Of a stretch of DNA of 64,000 nt, positions 25,200 through 37,400 are shown one piece after another. The first letter of the stretch is position 1. Each line of letters begins with the position of its first letter. Location: NCBI GenBank assembly GCA_002269645.1, contig NIVC01000276.1, forward strand, positions 1 through 64,000. Reading direction: 5' to 3'. Source of the stretch: Macrostomum lignano (Eukaryota). A program made the position numbers and the translations under genes. A model generated the notes under the pieces. The model was given only the letters and a program-made list of their open reading frames with translations. It was not told the DNA's origin and ran no database searches.

Positions 25200-25930
25200 A
25201 GTATATGTATAGTTACGGATCAATAGTTACTAGTAACAATGACGGATCCAGTACAGGATGTTGGCAAATGCTGCTTCCGAATCTCCATGCGCACGCCACC
25301 ACATGAACTCCTGAATATAGGACTCGAAGAGCTCACTCAAATCCCCATAAGCCGCCGGAACTTGGCCTTGCAATGAGCCCATGTGCCCTCGATGGTGTTC
25401 GTATGCAGGGTCGGGTCATTTAGGTCCACAAAATGTAGGTGATGGTTGACAAACTGATGGTTGGCAAGCTGGTTGTAAGTTGGCAGTCCTGTCAGGCACC
25501 TTGACCATCACGCACTTATTGGTCTCCCTCTCCACCATTCCAAGGACCCAAAGACCCTCCCTATGGAAGAATTTGCTCTCGTCGATTTCAACGGTTGAAC
25601 CAGGTCCGCCCAGTTGCACAGGGTGGTCGAGGAAAAACTGGCTGCAGATGTCTCGGACAAAGTTAAGCCAATCGACAGCAGTGTGGTCGGCCACCTTGCA
25701 AACGTGCACCACCACTGTCTTGCTTTCATCTCTGGCCAAGTAGTAGATCAGGGTAATGAGCTGCTGGAGTTCCAGATGGCTACGTTCAAAGAAACTCCCC
25801 TTGCGTATATTTACCTGTGATCAACAATTCTTGCAATCCCAGGCGTGCCCATCCCAGTACCGGTGCCCTTCTCTGTGTTGTAAACTCATTGGTGTACCAT
25901 CACCATCACCATAGTGCATTGTCAGATAGA
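25200..25930 (-). mobile_element. Merlin (IS1016/ISXO2-like DDE) transposase remnant
   Basis: DGHAWDCKNC..IRKGSFFERSHL; QLGGPGSTVEIDESKF; LWVLGMVERETNKCVMVKVPDRTA; NTIEGTWAHCK..FESYIQEFMWWR. Internal deletions; TIRs not identified. Confidence 0.88.
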
Positions 25931-25975
25931 ACTCTAATACAATTGAGTTAGAACAGTAACAGATCATGGCACAAA

Positions 25976-27400
25976 ACAATCAGGTGCACGCCGATCACGT
26001 GTGCTTCTGTGCGCTGCAAGTCCAGCTTCCTGTTGGTCATGCATTGGCTGCTCCCCCTGGTCCAGAACCTCCGAAGCCGCTTCCTCCTCCTACTCAGTCC
26101 CAGGTAGCGGGGCGATTTTGTTGCTGCTCGCCAGTCGCAACTTGTCCTCAGCTAAAAACCAGGAAGTATTATGTCCTCGCCACATCAGGAACTCGGCTTG
26201 GGAGGAGGGAGCACCAAAGTTGGGCTTTTAGACCACTTTGGCGCCCTGTTGAAACGCAGAAACTACTGGAACTCGATGGGACCATCCAAAGAGCAACTCA
26301 GCCGGCCTCTTACCGCGCCAGACAGAGGAGTTGTGGTGGTGCAGAAGCACTTTCTGCAAGTAAGAAATACATGTAAAGTCACAGTGAGTCAGTCGCTGAG
26401 TCCAGGTTTCAAAGATCCTCTTAACTGTCTTTACAGCGCGTTCTGCGGCGCCGTTGAATTTTGGTGAGTAGAGCGGTGATTCTAACTGGCGCACTCCGTT
26501 AGCTTGTAGCCAGTCAAACAAAACTTCAGATGTACAATAAATTCAGCCTCGTTATCGGAAACAACTACCTCTGGAACACCAAACCGGCAAAAAGCAGTCC
26601 AAAGGCAATTCAGGACGCTGTCGGCAGAGCTATCCTTTGATAGAAAGGCCCCGATCCATCCGGAAAAGGCATCGACAGCTATCAGAATGTTCCCAACTTC
26701 AGGCACGAAGGCCAAATTCATGTGGATTCTCTAGAATGGGGTCGATATCGGGGGCTAAATTTCGCGTGACTTCATCAGACAGGGCCTCAATTTAGCGCAT
26801 GCATAGCACTGGCGCACGAACTCCTCCGTGTCGTGTGCATTCCAGGCCGCCAGCAGGATACTCATTCAGCCGAAACTCCTGAATGAGTATCGTAAACCGC
26901 TTTGAATGCTTCGAGGCGCAACCGAGGCGGAATGAAGATACACCTTCTCATGTACAACAGACCATTCTTAATCGTCAGGCATTCGCTACCTTCTTGAACG
27001 GCATCTCAGCTTCTGAGCAGTCATTCCAGTTTCCTGTACGGATCCTCTTCATCACCCACTGAGTTAAGGAGTCGGCAGCGAGTTCAATAGCAATTCGCTG
27101 TGCAATTGCAATTCGCAATTCGCAATATCTTTTCCATCAGCCTGTCATTGGGCCAGATCCAAGCCGCCAAAATTTTAAAGCCGAGGTTTTAAATAAAATT
27201 TTATTTAAATTTTATGCGAAGAAATCATCGCATAAGTGAATGCATTTTTTTCTCATTGGCACGGAATTTCTTCTCTGCCAGCCTCGTCTTAACCGAGGTC
27301 AGTCGACGCTTACTAAGCGAGTCGGCATTTTCAGCAAAAACAAGAACATCATCCTGATAAATAGGTATTCCTTTTAGATCGGCCAGGATGCTCTGCATCG
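25976..27400 (-). mobile_element. Gypsy remnant 4 (RT YQDD, integrase), heavily deleted
   Basis: MQSILADLKGIPIYQDDVLVF (~27400-27340); FVRQCYAC (Zn finger); LIAVDAFSGW..FGVPEVVVSDN; SPLYSPKFNGAAERAVKTVK; terminal RDRRAPDCF*. Confidence 0.88.
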
Positions 27401-29559
27401 CCTAAGCTGGCTAAGTTGTCTAAGCTGGCAAAAGTTGTCTAAGCTGGCAAAAAATGCCTTCTGCCGTTTTACTGCACCGGTGGGCTGCTCTTAGTCAACA
27501 AAATCGCGTGTTTTGTCAGGACGTCTATGATGCAGTCTGCATCCTCTTCGTGCACTTGTGCGTCTTGCCCTTCCATTTGTGCATCTGTTTCAATTTTCCC
27601 TTCGCTAAACAAATGAGTTTTCGCAGAATGCTACAAGCAAGGCAAAAAATAAGCCAGCCAAAAAATTCTCGAAAGTGGAAGCCCCTGGTTCTGTACCCAG
27701 TCATATTTTTCTCTCGAGATTCCATCCAACCCGGCCCAGGTTGGCCCATAGACAACACTTTGCTTCATAAAATCTTGCGAGAAATTCTTGCTAGCCAAGA
27801 AAACTTAATTCATGTCTTTTGAAGATTTTCTTGGCTTGCGAGAATTTCTGATGAGACTTTCTCATTTTTTTTCATTCGGCCCCATGACTTCTACATGTAC
27901 ATGTACACTAGGAAAACACTGTCAATGCACTACTCAATCAGCAGTCGCGATGCATGTTCAACGGCAGATACACATTGGTATAGCACGCAAGGAATGTTGT
28001 AGTTCTTAATTCCAAAAAACTGAATTAGAAGGAATAAAAAACAAAAGTTGTAGACGTTTTTGCATTCAATTTCAACCAAAGTCGCATTCAATTTCAGCAA
28101 GCTGGCATTCAAAATCGGCAATCAAAATTTAGCCAACCAAATCTTCATTCAATTTAAGCGTGCTCGGAGGTGCTATGGTGGAGTTAATAATTGCAGCCAT
28201 GGCTCAGCTCTAAAGCTATGAAACTATTAATTAAGATCACTCTCCAATTTCATTCTGCCGTTTTGCTGTGAGCTGTGCCGCTTCTGCGTAGCATCCGTGC
28301 AAGAATGACTTTGTCTATGCAGGATCAAACAACACTGATCAAATGCACGAATGTGCCATTGACGCACTCGTCAGCGTGCGGAAATATATCATTCCATTTC
28401 AGCGGACCAGCGGACCACATTCTATTTCGGCAATCTGCATTCAATTTAATTTTGTCTCAAACTTGTCTGCTCGTCTATGGGTAAACTTTATTGACGCGTG
28501 CAGATTTTGCACTCAATTTCGGCAATCTGCAGATGATGCAGAGAAATTCATCTGTGAATGCTCGGGACAGGCTCACTTACTTCAACCCAAAAGAGAATCT
28601 CTCCGACGATTTCATGCAGGCCCGATAATCTCTGCCAGCTCGTCTGTAACAGTCATGTACATAGCTGCTACTAGGCGAACGACCATTCACGACTCCCCGA
28701 AGGTGTGGACACCTCAGCTCTACAGATCTCACTACGCAACGCTGCTGCAGTATTGGCTGTCCGTGGTCGCCAGGGGCTAGCCAAATAGGCGGCGACACCT
28801 CCCCATTGAATCCTTCAGCTAAAGCCGGTGCACGTTTTTGTTCTGCTTCAAGCAGATGTTTCATATAATAAGTTTTGTGTTGGAATGTTAATCAGTGTAC
28901 ACACTGTGTGAGAATGCCAAAAAATAGTGCATACGCAGAAATCGTATTTCTTCATTTTAGAGAAAGATCTTGGCTCTTAATGCCGTGTTGTACAAGTATT
29001 GTATGCATCGCGTGGCCAAAACTAATAGACATACACATCATGCATTCCTGGAATATATAAAACACTTGCATCCATGTGTACATGTAAAGGTTTGTTCGTG
29101 CCGACTTTATGATCTCCTTCTGGTGCGTGCGAGGTCTTTAGTTTTAGGGCCCATCAAGGGCTAATTCAGCTCACGTTGGAGTTGTTCTTGTGACCAAAAT
29201 GCATCAGAATGCGTAATTCTTTATGCAAATTGGGTGCACAAGCAAATTGAAGAAGTACCAGCCTTTTTGCACCATTGCTCGGTTGACTCGACAATTTACA
29301 ATTATGTTTTCTTTGAATTAATAACGTGTTTTTAGTTTGTTTGTTAATAAAACCGGTAAAGTAGAGCTTTATTACAAAGCCTTTGTTAGAATTTTTAACA
29401 TTAACACGAATATAAAAATCTGAAGGGGTCTCCCTAAAACACGCACCGCACCGTCCGAACCGCTACACATTATAACATTTTTTGTCAATGCAGTATTGGA
29501 TTGCAAAGAAAACTTAATTGACACTTATTTGACACCCTCGTTTCTCCTGTTATCACTTA

Positions 29560-30110
29560 TGATTGTGAACTTTAAATTGGGACCTCTGGCTACCCTTTCT
29601 GACACAAATGCTATCGATAGCATCCAATTAAAGTTCTACAAATACCTTCTCAACCTACCAAAAAGTGCGAGCAACAGTGTAATATCATCCGAACTCGAGC
29701 TCATACCAATCTCTCAACAGATCGCAAAAACCTACCTTACCTACTGGCTAAAAATCAGACACAAAAAACTCTGTCCAACAACACTTTAAATTTTTCACTC
29801 AAATACCAGTCAAAATAACCCATGGGTAACGAATGTTCAAAAGAAACTGAAAGTATAGACCTCGAGACACTATACAAAGATAAAAACCCCGGCCAATTAA
29901 GCTTTAAAAATGAGAAATCTCTAGTGAAAAAGCACCTGCACATGTATAGAGAAAGAGAACTAAGCCGAAAGCTAGACAACCAGCACCATATTAATACTAC
30001 AAAAATACTTACCTATACAAAAAATCTGCAGACCTGTCCTCTCAAACTATACTTTCCATGTCTATTTAGAAACAAAAAATACCTAACGACCCTTCTAAAA
30101 CTGAAATGTG
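29560..30110 (+). mobile_element. Non-LTR retrotransposon (LINE, CR1/L2-like) 3' remnant
   Basis: AIDSIQLKFYKYLLNLPKSASNSVISSELELIPI..YLTYWLKI matches the post-RT C-terminal motif (IE..HL.F.K.IL......N..V.GELG..P....YW.K). NKKYLTTLLKLK lies further 3'. Confidence 0.7.
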
Positions 30111-31475
30111 AGCTCACACCCAAGGCATTGTGTGTAGCATACCCAAGGAAGCTTGTGGACTCTGTGGAGCAAGAAATGGATCCTTCACTACCTAGCTGAG
30201 TGCCCACAAACACTAGAGATTAGGAGATAATTCTTTTCTCAATACCTCCTAGACGCCACCCAGATACATAAAATAGGGTATGCTACAAATGAAAAAAGAG
30301 TCAGAAAAGAGCTCTCCGGAGTAGCTAAAATCTACGATGTCATGTACAGTTAAAATTATTTACTTGAAATGTATAACATGTTCGTATGCATGTATAGCAG
30401 ATTAGTACTGAGTCCGCTTCTTATTCCCACCATCGCGATTCATGTCCTTGGTACGGTCCCTTGGCGCATTTTTCGCAGAAAAATATTAATATTACCAATA
30501 CCGCCAGATATGCATCATTCAATAAATGACTCATTCCTTCCACTCATTCTTTTTGCAAGATCTTCTGTCCGTTCATCACCTCTTGTTTTTTTTATTTAAT
30601 TACCATTAAGTCGTTAGACGTTAAAAGTTGCTCGTCTTTTTTTCTTTTTTTCAGGCTTTCATATAACATACTTTTTACAATAATCGCCAAATATTTACAT
30701 AAATTTCACACAATACTTGTCTTTTTTAATTCCTTACTTTTATTACTTCGTTAGTCGTTAAAGCTCGTTCAAAGTTTCGTTAATAACATTTACGCGCTCT
30801 TTCGAATACTATATTGCAAAACTCGTAATCGTACTTAAATAACTCATATTGCCTTCTATTCTTGAATTATCCTTAAATATATAAATAAACACTGAAATAT
30901 ATTGGCCAAACAGGCTTCTTGCCTGAGCCAAACTTACTTACTACTACTTTTTGTCAATGCAGCATTTGATTTCAAAGAAAACTATTAATTGTTGTAAGAG
31001 TAAAAGATTAAATAACTTTAATTATTATTTTAAATATTATTCTTATTTTTCATCTCGTTTTCATTATTAAATTATATTATCATTTTTTATTTAATATTAT
31101 TAATAATATCAATTATTATTCACTAAATTTTATATTTCAAATAAAAAACTAAGTTCAATAAAAACTTTATGCTTAACAGAAAACGCATTTTAAAATGTCT
31201 TCAGTTATAGTTCAATTTGTTTTAATGTGTAGCGCTGCGGGGCGCGGTGCTGTGCTTGTTTTGAGAGACCCAAATCTAAGAAACGATCACAAGTCATTAT
31301 AGGTCTAACGTCTAACGTCCTTAATTTTCTGTACCGAATTCCTACCTAGCCGTATTGTATCCAAGACACTGTTACATTACTTATAGCGTAAAGGTACAGA
31401 CAGAACGGCCTTCAACAATAAATTTATTTATTTAAAGGTATATAATAGTCGGAGAAAGTAATTTTAAGGTAAAAA

Positions 31476-34400
31476 ATGGCCCTTGACGACCGCGAAGATA
31501 AAGTATATTTTGCTAAGCTTGCTGAGCAAGCAGAACGATATGATGGTAAGGAAGCATTTGAAAGTATTCGTTTTTGTATCCATTTTATAGTATATTTTAA
31601 TCTAAATTGCTGTTTTTATTTGTCATGCATAGGCCCTAAAAATACTAGCATGCTTTTTTAGCTTTTTTATCTTTTATCTATTCTATTGTCGTATTGATAA
31701 AAATAAAATATATTATTGCCAGAATAGCCAAAACCTAAACAAAAGTATTTTTTAAAGTCAGCTCAAGACCTAAAATGCTTAGAAGATTTCAGAAAAACAT
31801 ATTTTGTAATTTTTGCTATAGCCAATGCCTTTAAGCCTAATTATTTAGGTCTATTATGCAATTTAAAGAAATCATTTATTGTCGCAATATTGGCTTATTT
31901 TTAAGAATGGGTGTGCACTAATTTTTTGGCATGTATATGTAATTATTCAATTTTTATTTGGGTGTGCACCCAGCATGATCCAGACTAGGGGGGCCTTCCG
32001 GGCCTATGATATCTATAAAATATCCATTAAAAGATATTCATAATAATGCCTGCAACCATTTTTATTTATTTGCAGATAAACCAGTCTGGAAGGTGGCCTT
32101 TATGCCAGAAAATTCTGGCATATTTTTGCTCTTGCTAACAATCTTGGTATACACTTGGCCTATAGAATTTTTAGGTTCAAAATAAAGTGTACACACAGTC
32201 GGCACCAGTGTGTGGATCATGTATCTGTGTATGCTAGACCAAATTCAGGCATCAAGGACTTTGTATGCCAATGTACACCAACAACAAAATGTTGTGCTAA
32301 AATGTACGCCAAAAATTCCTTAAAAAAGGTTATATGGTTTTCACAAGTTGTGTTTTCTAAGAAAGGCTTTTGTATGAAAAGTGTTTTTAAAATGTTACAA
32401 ATATTTTCAATTTAAACAAACTTAAATTATACCTATTGACAATATAAATTTTCCATTACTTTATGTAAAAATGTTCATTTATATCACAATTTTCATGCGT
32501 GGCTGTGTTACTTGTGTATGCCAATAGTGTACACCAACAAAGTTTGCCTGGGGTTGTGTACGCCAATTATGTATGCCAAAGACTTAGAGTGGCTGTTTTG
32601 TACGCCGGAAAAGTTCCCACGTACATGCATACCATCTGCAACCTAGAGTCGGCGTACAAAAATTAGCCAAGTTCAAGGCTAAAATAATAATATAGTTAAA
32701 TATCAATCAATGTCAAAAGCTCTTTAAAAATAATTAGAAACTAAAATAGAAAACAATAATATAATTACAAGAAAAACAAAATTAAAACAAAGAATATCAG
32801 TTTTTAGCAAAAAAACGGCCATTGTAAAGGTTAGTAAAACTTTTTAAGTCCTAAAAAATATTATTTAAAAAACAGGCATATAAACAATTTTGAGCTTGGT
32901 GTAAATTTTTTTTAATTTTACATCAGTATAAAATTGAAAAAAATATGAATTTTTTATTCTGGCATACACTTGCCTTGATCCAGGCTATGGTTCAAGGCTA
33001 ATATAATCTTATAGTTAAATATTAACCTACAAAAGCTCTTAAAAATAATTAGAAACTTAAAAAATATTAATGCTATTTAGGAGAAAAATAATATTAAAAC
33101 AAAGAATTTTAGTTTTTAGCAAAGAACAGCCATTTTTTAATTTAATTCAAAATTATAAAGAATATAAAGAAAACTATATATTCTTTAAAAAATTGGCATA
33201 TAAATAAACAACTTTAGGCTTGGCATAATTTTTTTATTTTACATTGGTATAAAATTAAAAAAATGTTATTCTTTTTGGCATATATCTGCAATGATCCAGA
33301 CTATGGCAGATAAGTTACTGCATCTACTATTGCCCTATTAGAATAAATGTTGAAAACTTGCAGATGTGTGCTTTAGGATTATTAGAAATCATTTACTGTC
33401 AAAATCTAAATTTGCTAACTGTCTGACATTGAAATTGAAATTTTCCAAAATCAAAATTCAAAAAAACAAAATTTGGTATGACCAAAACTCTCCTTTTTAC
33501 TCTTGATTTACTGCTTATGCAAAACAAAAAAATATATATGTAGCACAAATTAGTTTATTTTAGCCACTCTTTACACACTTCCAAAATTTTGACTTCTGAA
33601 TTTTTTTGAAATCAAAATTCATTCTTAAAAATTCCAAATTTTGGAAAATCAAGATTGAAATTTTGGAACATCTCTAAGCATTATACAAAAATTACAAGTG
33701 TATAGGCCCCTTCCACAAAGGTATTAGACCCTCTTCCATATATATTTATTTGCTAGAGCAGCAGCCAGCAAGAAAGGGCAGCACGCCTGTGTGCACACTG
33801 TGCTTTAGAAAAATTCCAAAAGTGCACTGGATGCCGTCTGCAGTTTTACAACTTTTTCCTATAGGGTAGTATTGTATTATGCAAGCTTGTTAGAGATTTT
33901 TAGTTTCTTTTTATACCAGGATAAGAGATTATCTTTTAGAGCATTCAAGTATTAATAGCTTATAAAAAGTAAACAATTATATAAAGTTGTTGAGTTATAG
34001 CCAATGAGACTATGAGATATAGAATGATAGTGCTTCTGACTAAGCGCTTGGCAGCTATGGTCCATCATTTGCATAAAAGAATATTTTTTTATTAGAGGCA
34101 GGGGGTTATATGTACCCTGGCAAACTTTATAGGACATAGCCCATTCTGCTGACTCCTCTGAGTAGGCATACAAGTGTGTGGGTACTTACGCAAGCACACA
34201 CTCACACAGGAGTGTGCAATGGCCCTAACTTTATTTTATCATTAGGCATGTTTAATTCACTGCACCTTGGGGGGTTGGCTCTCAAGGCGGTTAATTGCAT
34301 GAGCAGAGCCAAGCCGAGATTCCAATTCAGCCCCAAATTAATATGACTGCACTTGGAATTGAGCCTGGGTTGCTGGCACACCAAAGCCTGCACTAGACTG

Positions 34401-37400
34401 CTGGGCTACAGCCCCTTCAAGAGTATATATTTGGTAGGCCATTGTTCTCAAAATAAAGACCATAGACTGAATGTAAACTTTGATAGATAGTATGAACATT
34501 AGATGATTAGTGCTTGTGCACTTGCAAGTGCAAGAGCAGCTTGCACACTAACACCTGACAAAAGTAAACAAATATAAAAAGTAAACAATTTGGTAAATAT
34601 GCATATATATATGTATATAATTATTTAAAAATCAATATTCAATAAAGAGTTTCAATATAGGTTCACATATAAAAATATCCATGATGACTAGGGAATTAAG
34701 ATTTCCCAAGGGTATGCATGTCTCAATCTAATGCAGTGTCTTCAAACATATTTTTCTATTATGCATTTAAGTTATATAAGTACCTACCTACCTACATGTA
34801 GCTGCAATGTACAGTATATACATTTATATATACAAGTATATGTCCATGCATAATAATATAATGATCTTATATACTCAGTTGTTATTTGTATATACATTTG
34901 TATATTTGACATTTTAATGTAAATGTACAATACAATGTGTCTATTGACAAGTGATATTTTAAACTATTATTACTATAATATTGAACATATGAGCATATTT
35001 GTATCATGGTATTGATTCTAGATATTTTCAAACTACAAGTATTATAACAATATGTATGATCTAGCTAATTAAACAAAAACTAGGTTCTATATAAGATATG
35101 AGAAAAATCTAGGAAGTTTCTATTCTTGTAACCATATCCATATCTATAACTTGGAGGTCAAAATCAATGTATCTGTAATTTCCCATATCTATATACATAG
35201 CTATAGGGGAACTCTAGTCTTGTAAAAATATAATTAGCATTTTAAAAGTTGTTTACTAGCTATAGACAACAAAGCTAACTTGCTAACAAAATAAAGGCAA
35301 TGATATATTTATTAATTTTTTGAGTGAAGTTTATATTTACTAAAAACTAGAGATGGAATAAATATCAGATTTTACCAAATCTGAATACTGAATATTTGGA
35401 TACGAACTTGCCAAATAATGAATACCAAATACCGAATACCAAATATCACAACAGCAGATATTAAAACAAGCATTTGACAAATTTGCTTATATTTAAATTG
35501 ATTTTTATTAGAATCTTTGGAGTGGCAAAAGTGGCTAGCAATCTTCCTTCAGATAATCACCAGCCAAGAGACAAACCACTAGGCACCATCCTTTGCACCT
35601 TTCCAGTGATTGGTGCTACACAGATCGTCACCATCTTCTGCCTGAAGTCTGCAGTCAGCCAGTGGACAGTCAGTGAAAGTAGCGCAAATTGGCATTCTTA
35701 CTTGTCCACTTGTCGCTTGTTGCTCCAACTGTAACCACCTGCTCAAGAAGTGATTGAACTTCTTGCCAAACTTACAGCATGACAACTTCTACCATATACT
35801 TGCGGCAGTAGTAGGCGAGGATATGCATAAGCTAGGATCAAGCGTAGGCCAGGTCACTCAATAGCACTGAATGGCAGATGATTGGTGGCAATGGCTTTGC
35901 CTGGTAGGAAGAAAATATTATTGTATGTGATGAAGCTTTGTAAGTTATCTAAATAAGCTATATCTAAATGAGGTCATTCAGATGAGAGGAATTAAAAGAA
36001 TCAATAAAAGCAGAAACAGGAAGCTTTGATTCTTACCTATCTTGTTGAAGACTTGGATGGCACTGTTGCTTTTGATGTCCCAAATTGTTGTGCACTCCAT
36101 CATGCCTTCGATAGTTTGCTGCAAAAATACTGCTGCCATGCGCTGCCTCTTGTTGGCAGGGAAAAAGGAAGCTGCCTCTTTAGCAGCTCGCTTTTGGGCA
36201 CAAGCAGCAGCTGCACCATCTTAAACACTTAGCCAATTCTGGGTGCTTGACTTTAAGATGTTTGCTTATTGCTGTGTTTGTTAACTTTTTCGGGTTTGTG
36301 CCTCTTGATAGTACCTCACTACAACTATTACACTTTGCTTTAAACTTATCCTTAAACACTGTGAAGCACTGCCATAGAGCAGATCTAGCTTTCTTTATAG
36401 TAGCCATTCAAGTTAGAATTCTTATACCTTTCTAGAAGATTCTTGCAAAAAAATGTAATAATTTTTTTCACCTAAACTGTTATATATACTCATGCATGTA
36501 TGTCTTCCATTTGAATGCACCCCACAGACAGCAACATTTCATTCATTGTCAGCCAATGAGAAATTTAACTCCAATTGGATTGGTTGGTAGTTCAACACAA
36601 AGCAGTCAATGATGTAAAACTTTTGCACCTCTTTCTTGTACTTATTGGACTAAGTGCTAAGCTCAATAGGCTAAATTTTAACTACACTATACTAAGCACA
36701 AAATAGTCTTGTGCTTATAGTCTTATAAGAATAACTTGCATGTTGAAGGAAGACTGCCTATACAGTTTGCTTAATTACATTTATTCCTATACACATTATT
36801 CATTATTACACATTATTCACAAAATCTGCTAAGCTTTGAGAATCCTAGCTTTAGTAAATCTTTCCCACATTTCACAATTTGCTAAAATTGCAACAATACA
36901 TTTTATTTTGGGCTATAGCCTTTGACACAACAATGATGCAATAGCAAAGGCTATCAAACAGACTAATCTTGCTAGCCAAGCAGATAGGCATGAAAGTGGG
37001 TTAGTCTTTAAACAATACTATTTTGCCTACATTATTAGTAACACATCCTTTTCAACAAAACATATTTGGTGTTCTCCAAGCACTTTATGAACTAAAAGCA
37101 TTAGTTAAGCTATGTTAGTAAAGTTATATAGTATTTTTAGAAAGAGTAATTATTTTTTAATTTTACCAATATTTGAAGTGTCCTAAAGTGTTAAAAGGTC
37201 TTTGAAAATGTTAGCAAAAGTTATATTTAGAGTACTATTTAAAAAAGGTTTTAATCTAGTGGTTCACAATTGGAAGGTCAGGGTTTGGTTCTTGACCATT
37301 TAGAACAATTTGTATCCTTGAACAAGACACTTAAGTCTATATTGCTTCAGTTCAACCTAGCTATAGAATGGGTACTAGCATTAGTTAGAGTAATTGTAGG

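Noticed and set aside
6740-25930. Tyrosine recombinase and IS1595-like transposase as bacterial contamination or HGT
   Set aside because: They match the established eukaryotic Crypton and Merlin superfamilies, are decayed, and are embedded among eukaryotic TEs; there is no operon structure.
12168-27400. Frame changes in Gypsy pol as programmed ribosomal frameshifts
   Set aside because: They fall inside RT/RH/INT domains and come with in-frame stops, which indicates decay rather than gag-pol recoding.
28577-28864. ORF with faint resemblance to a Myb/SANT (Harbinger-type) domain
   Set aside because: The conserved Trp residues are not recoverable in any frame, so there is insufficient support.
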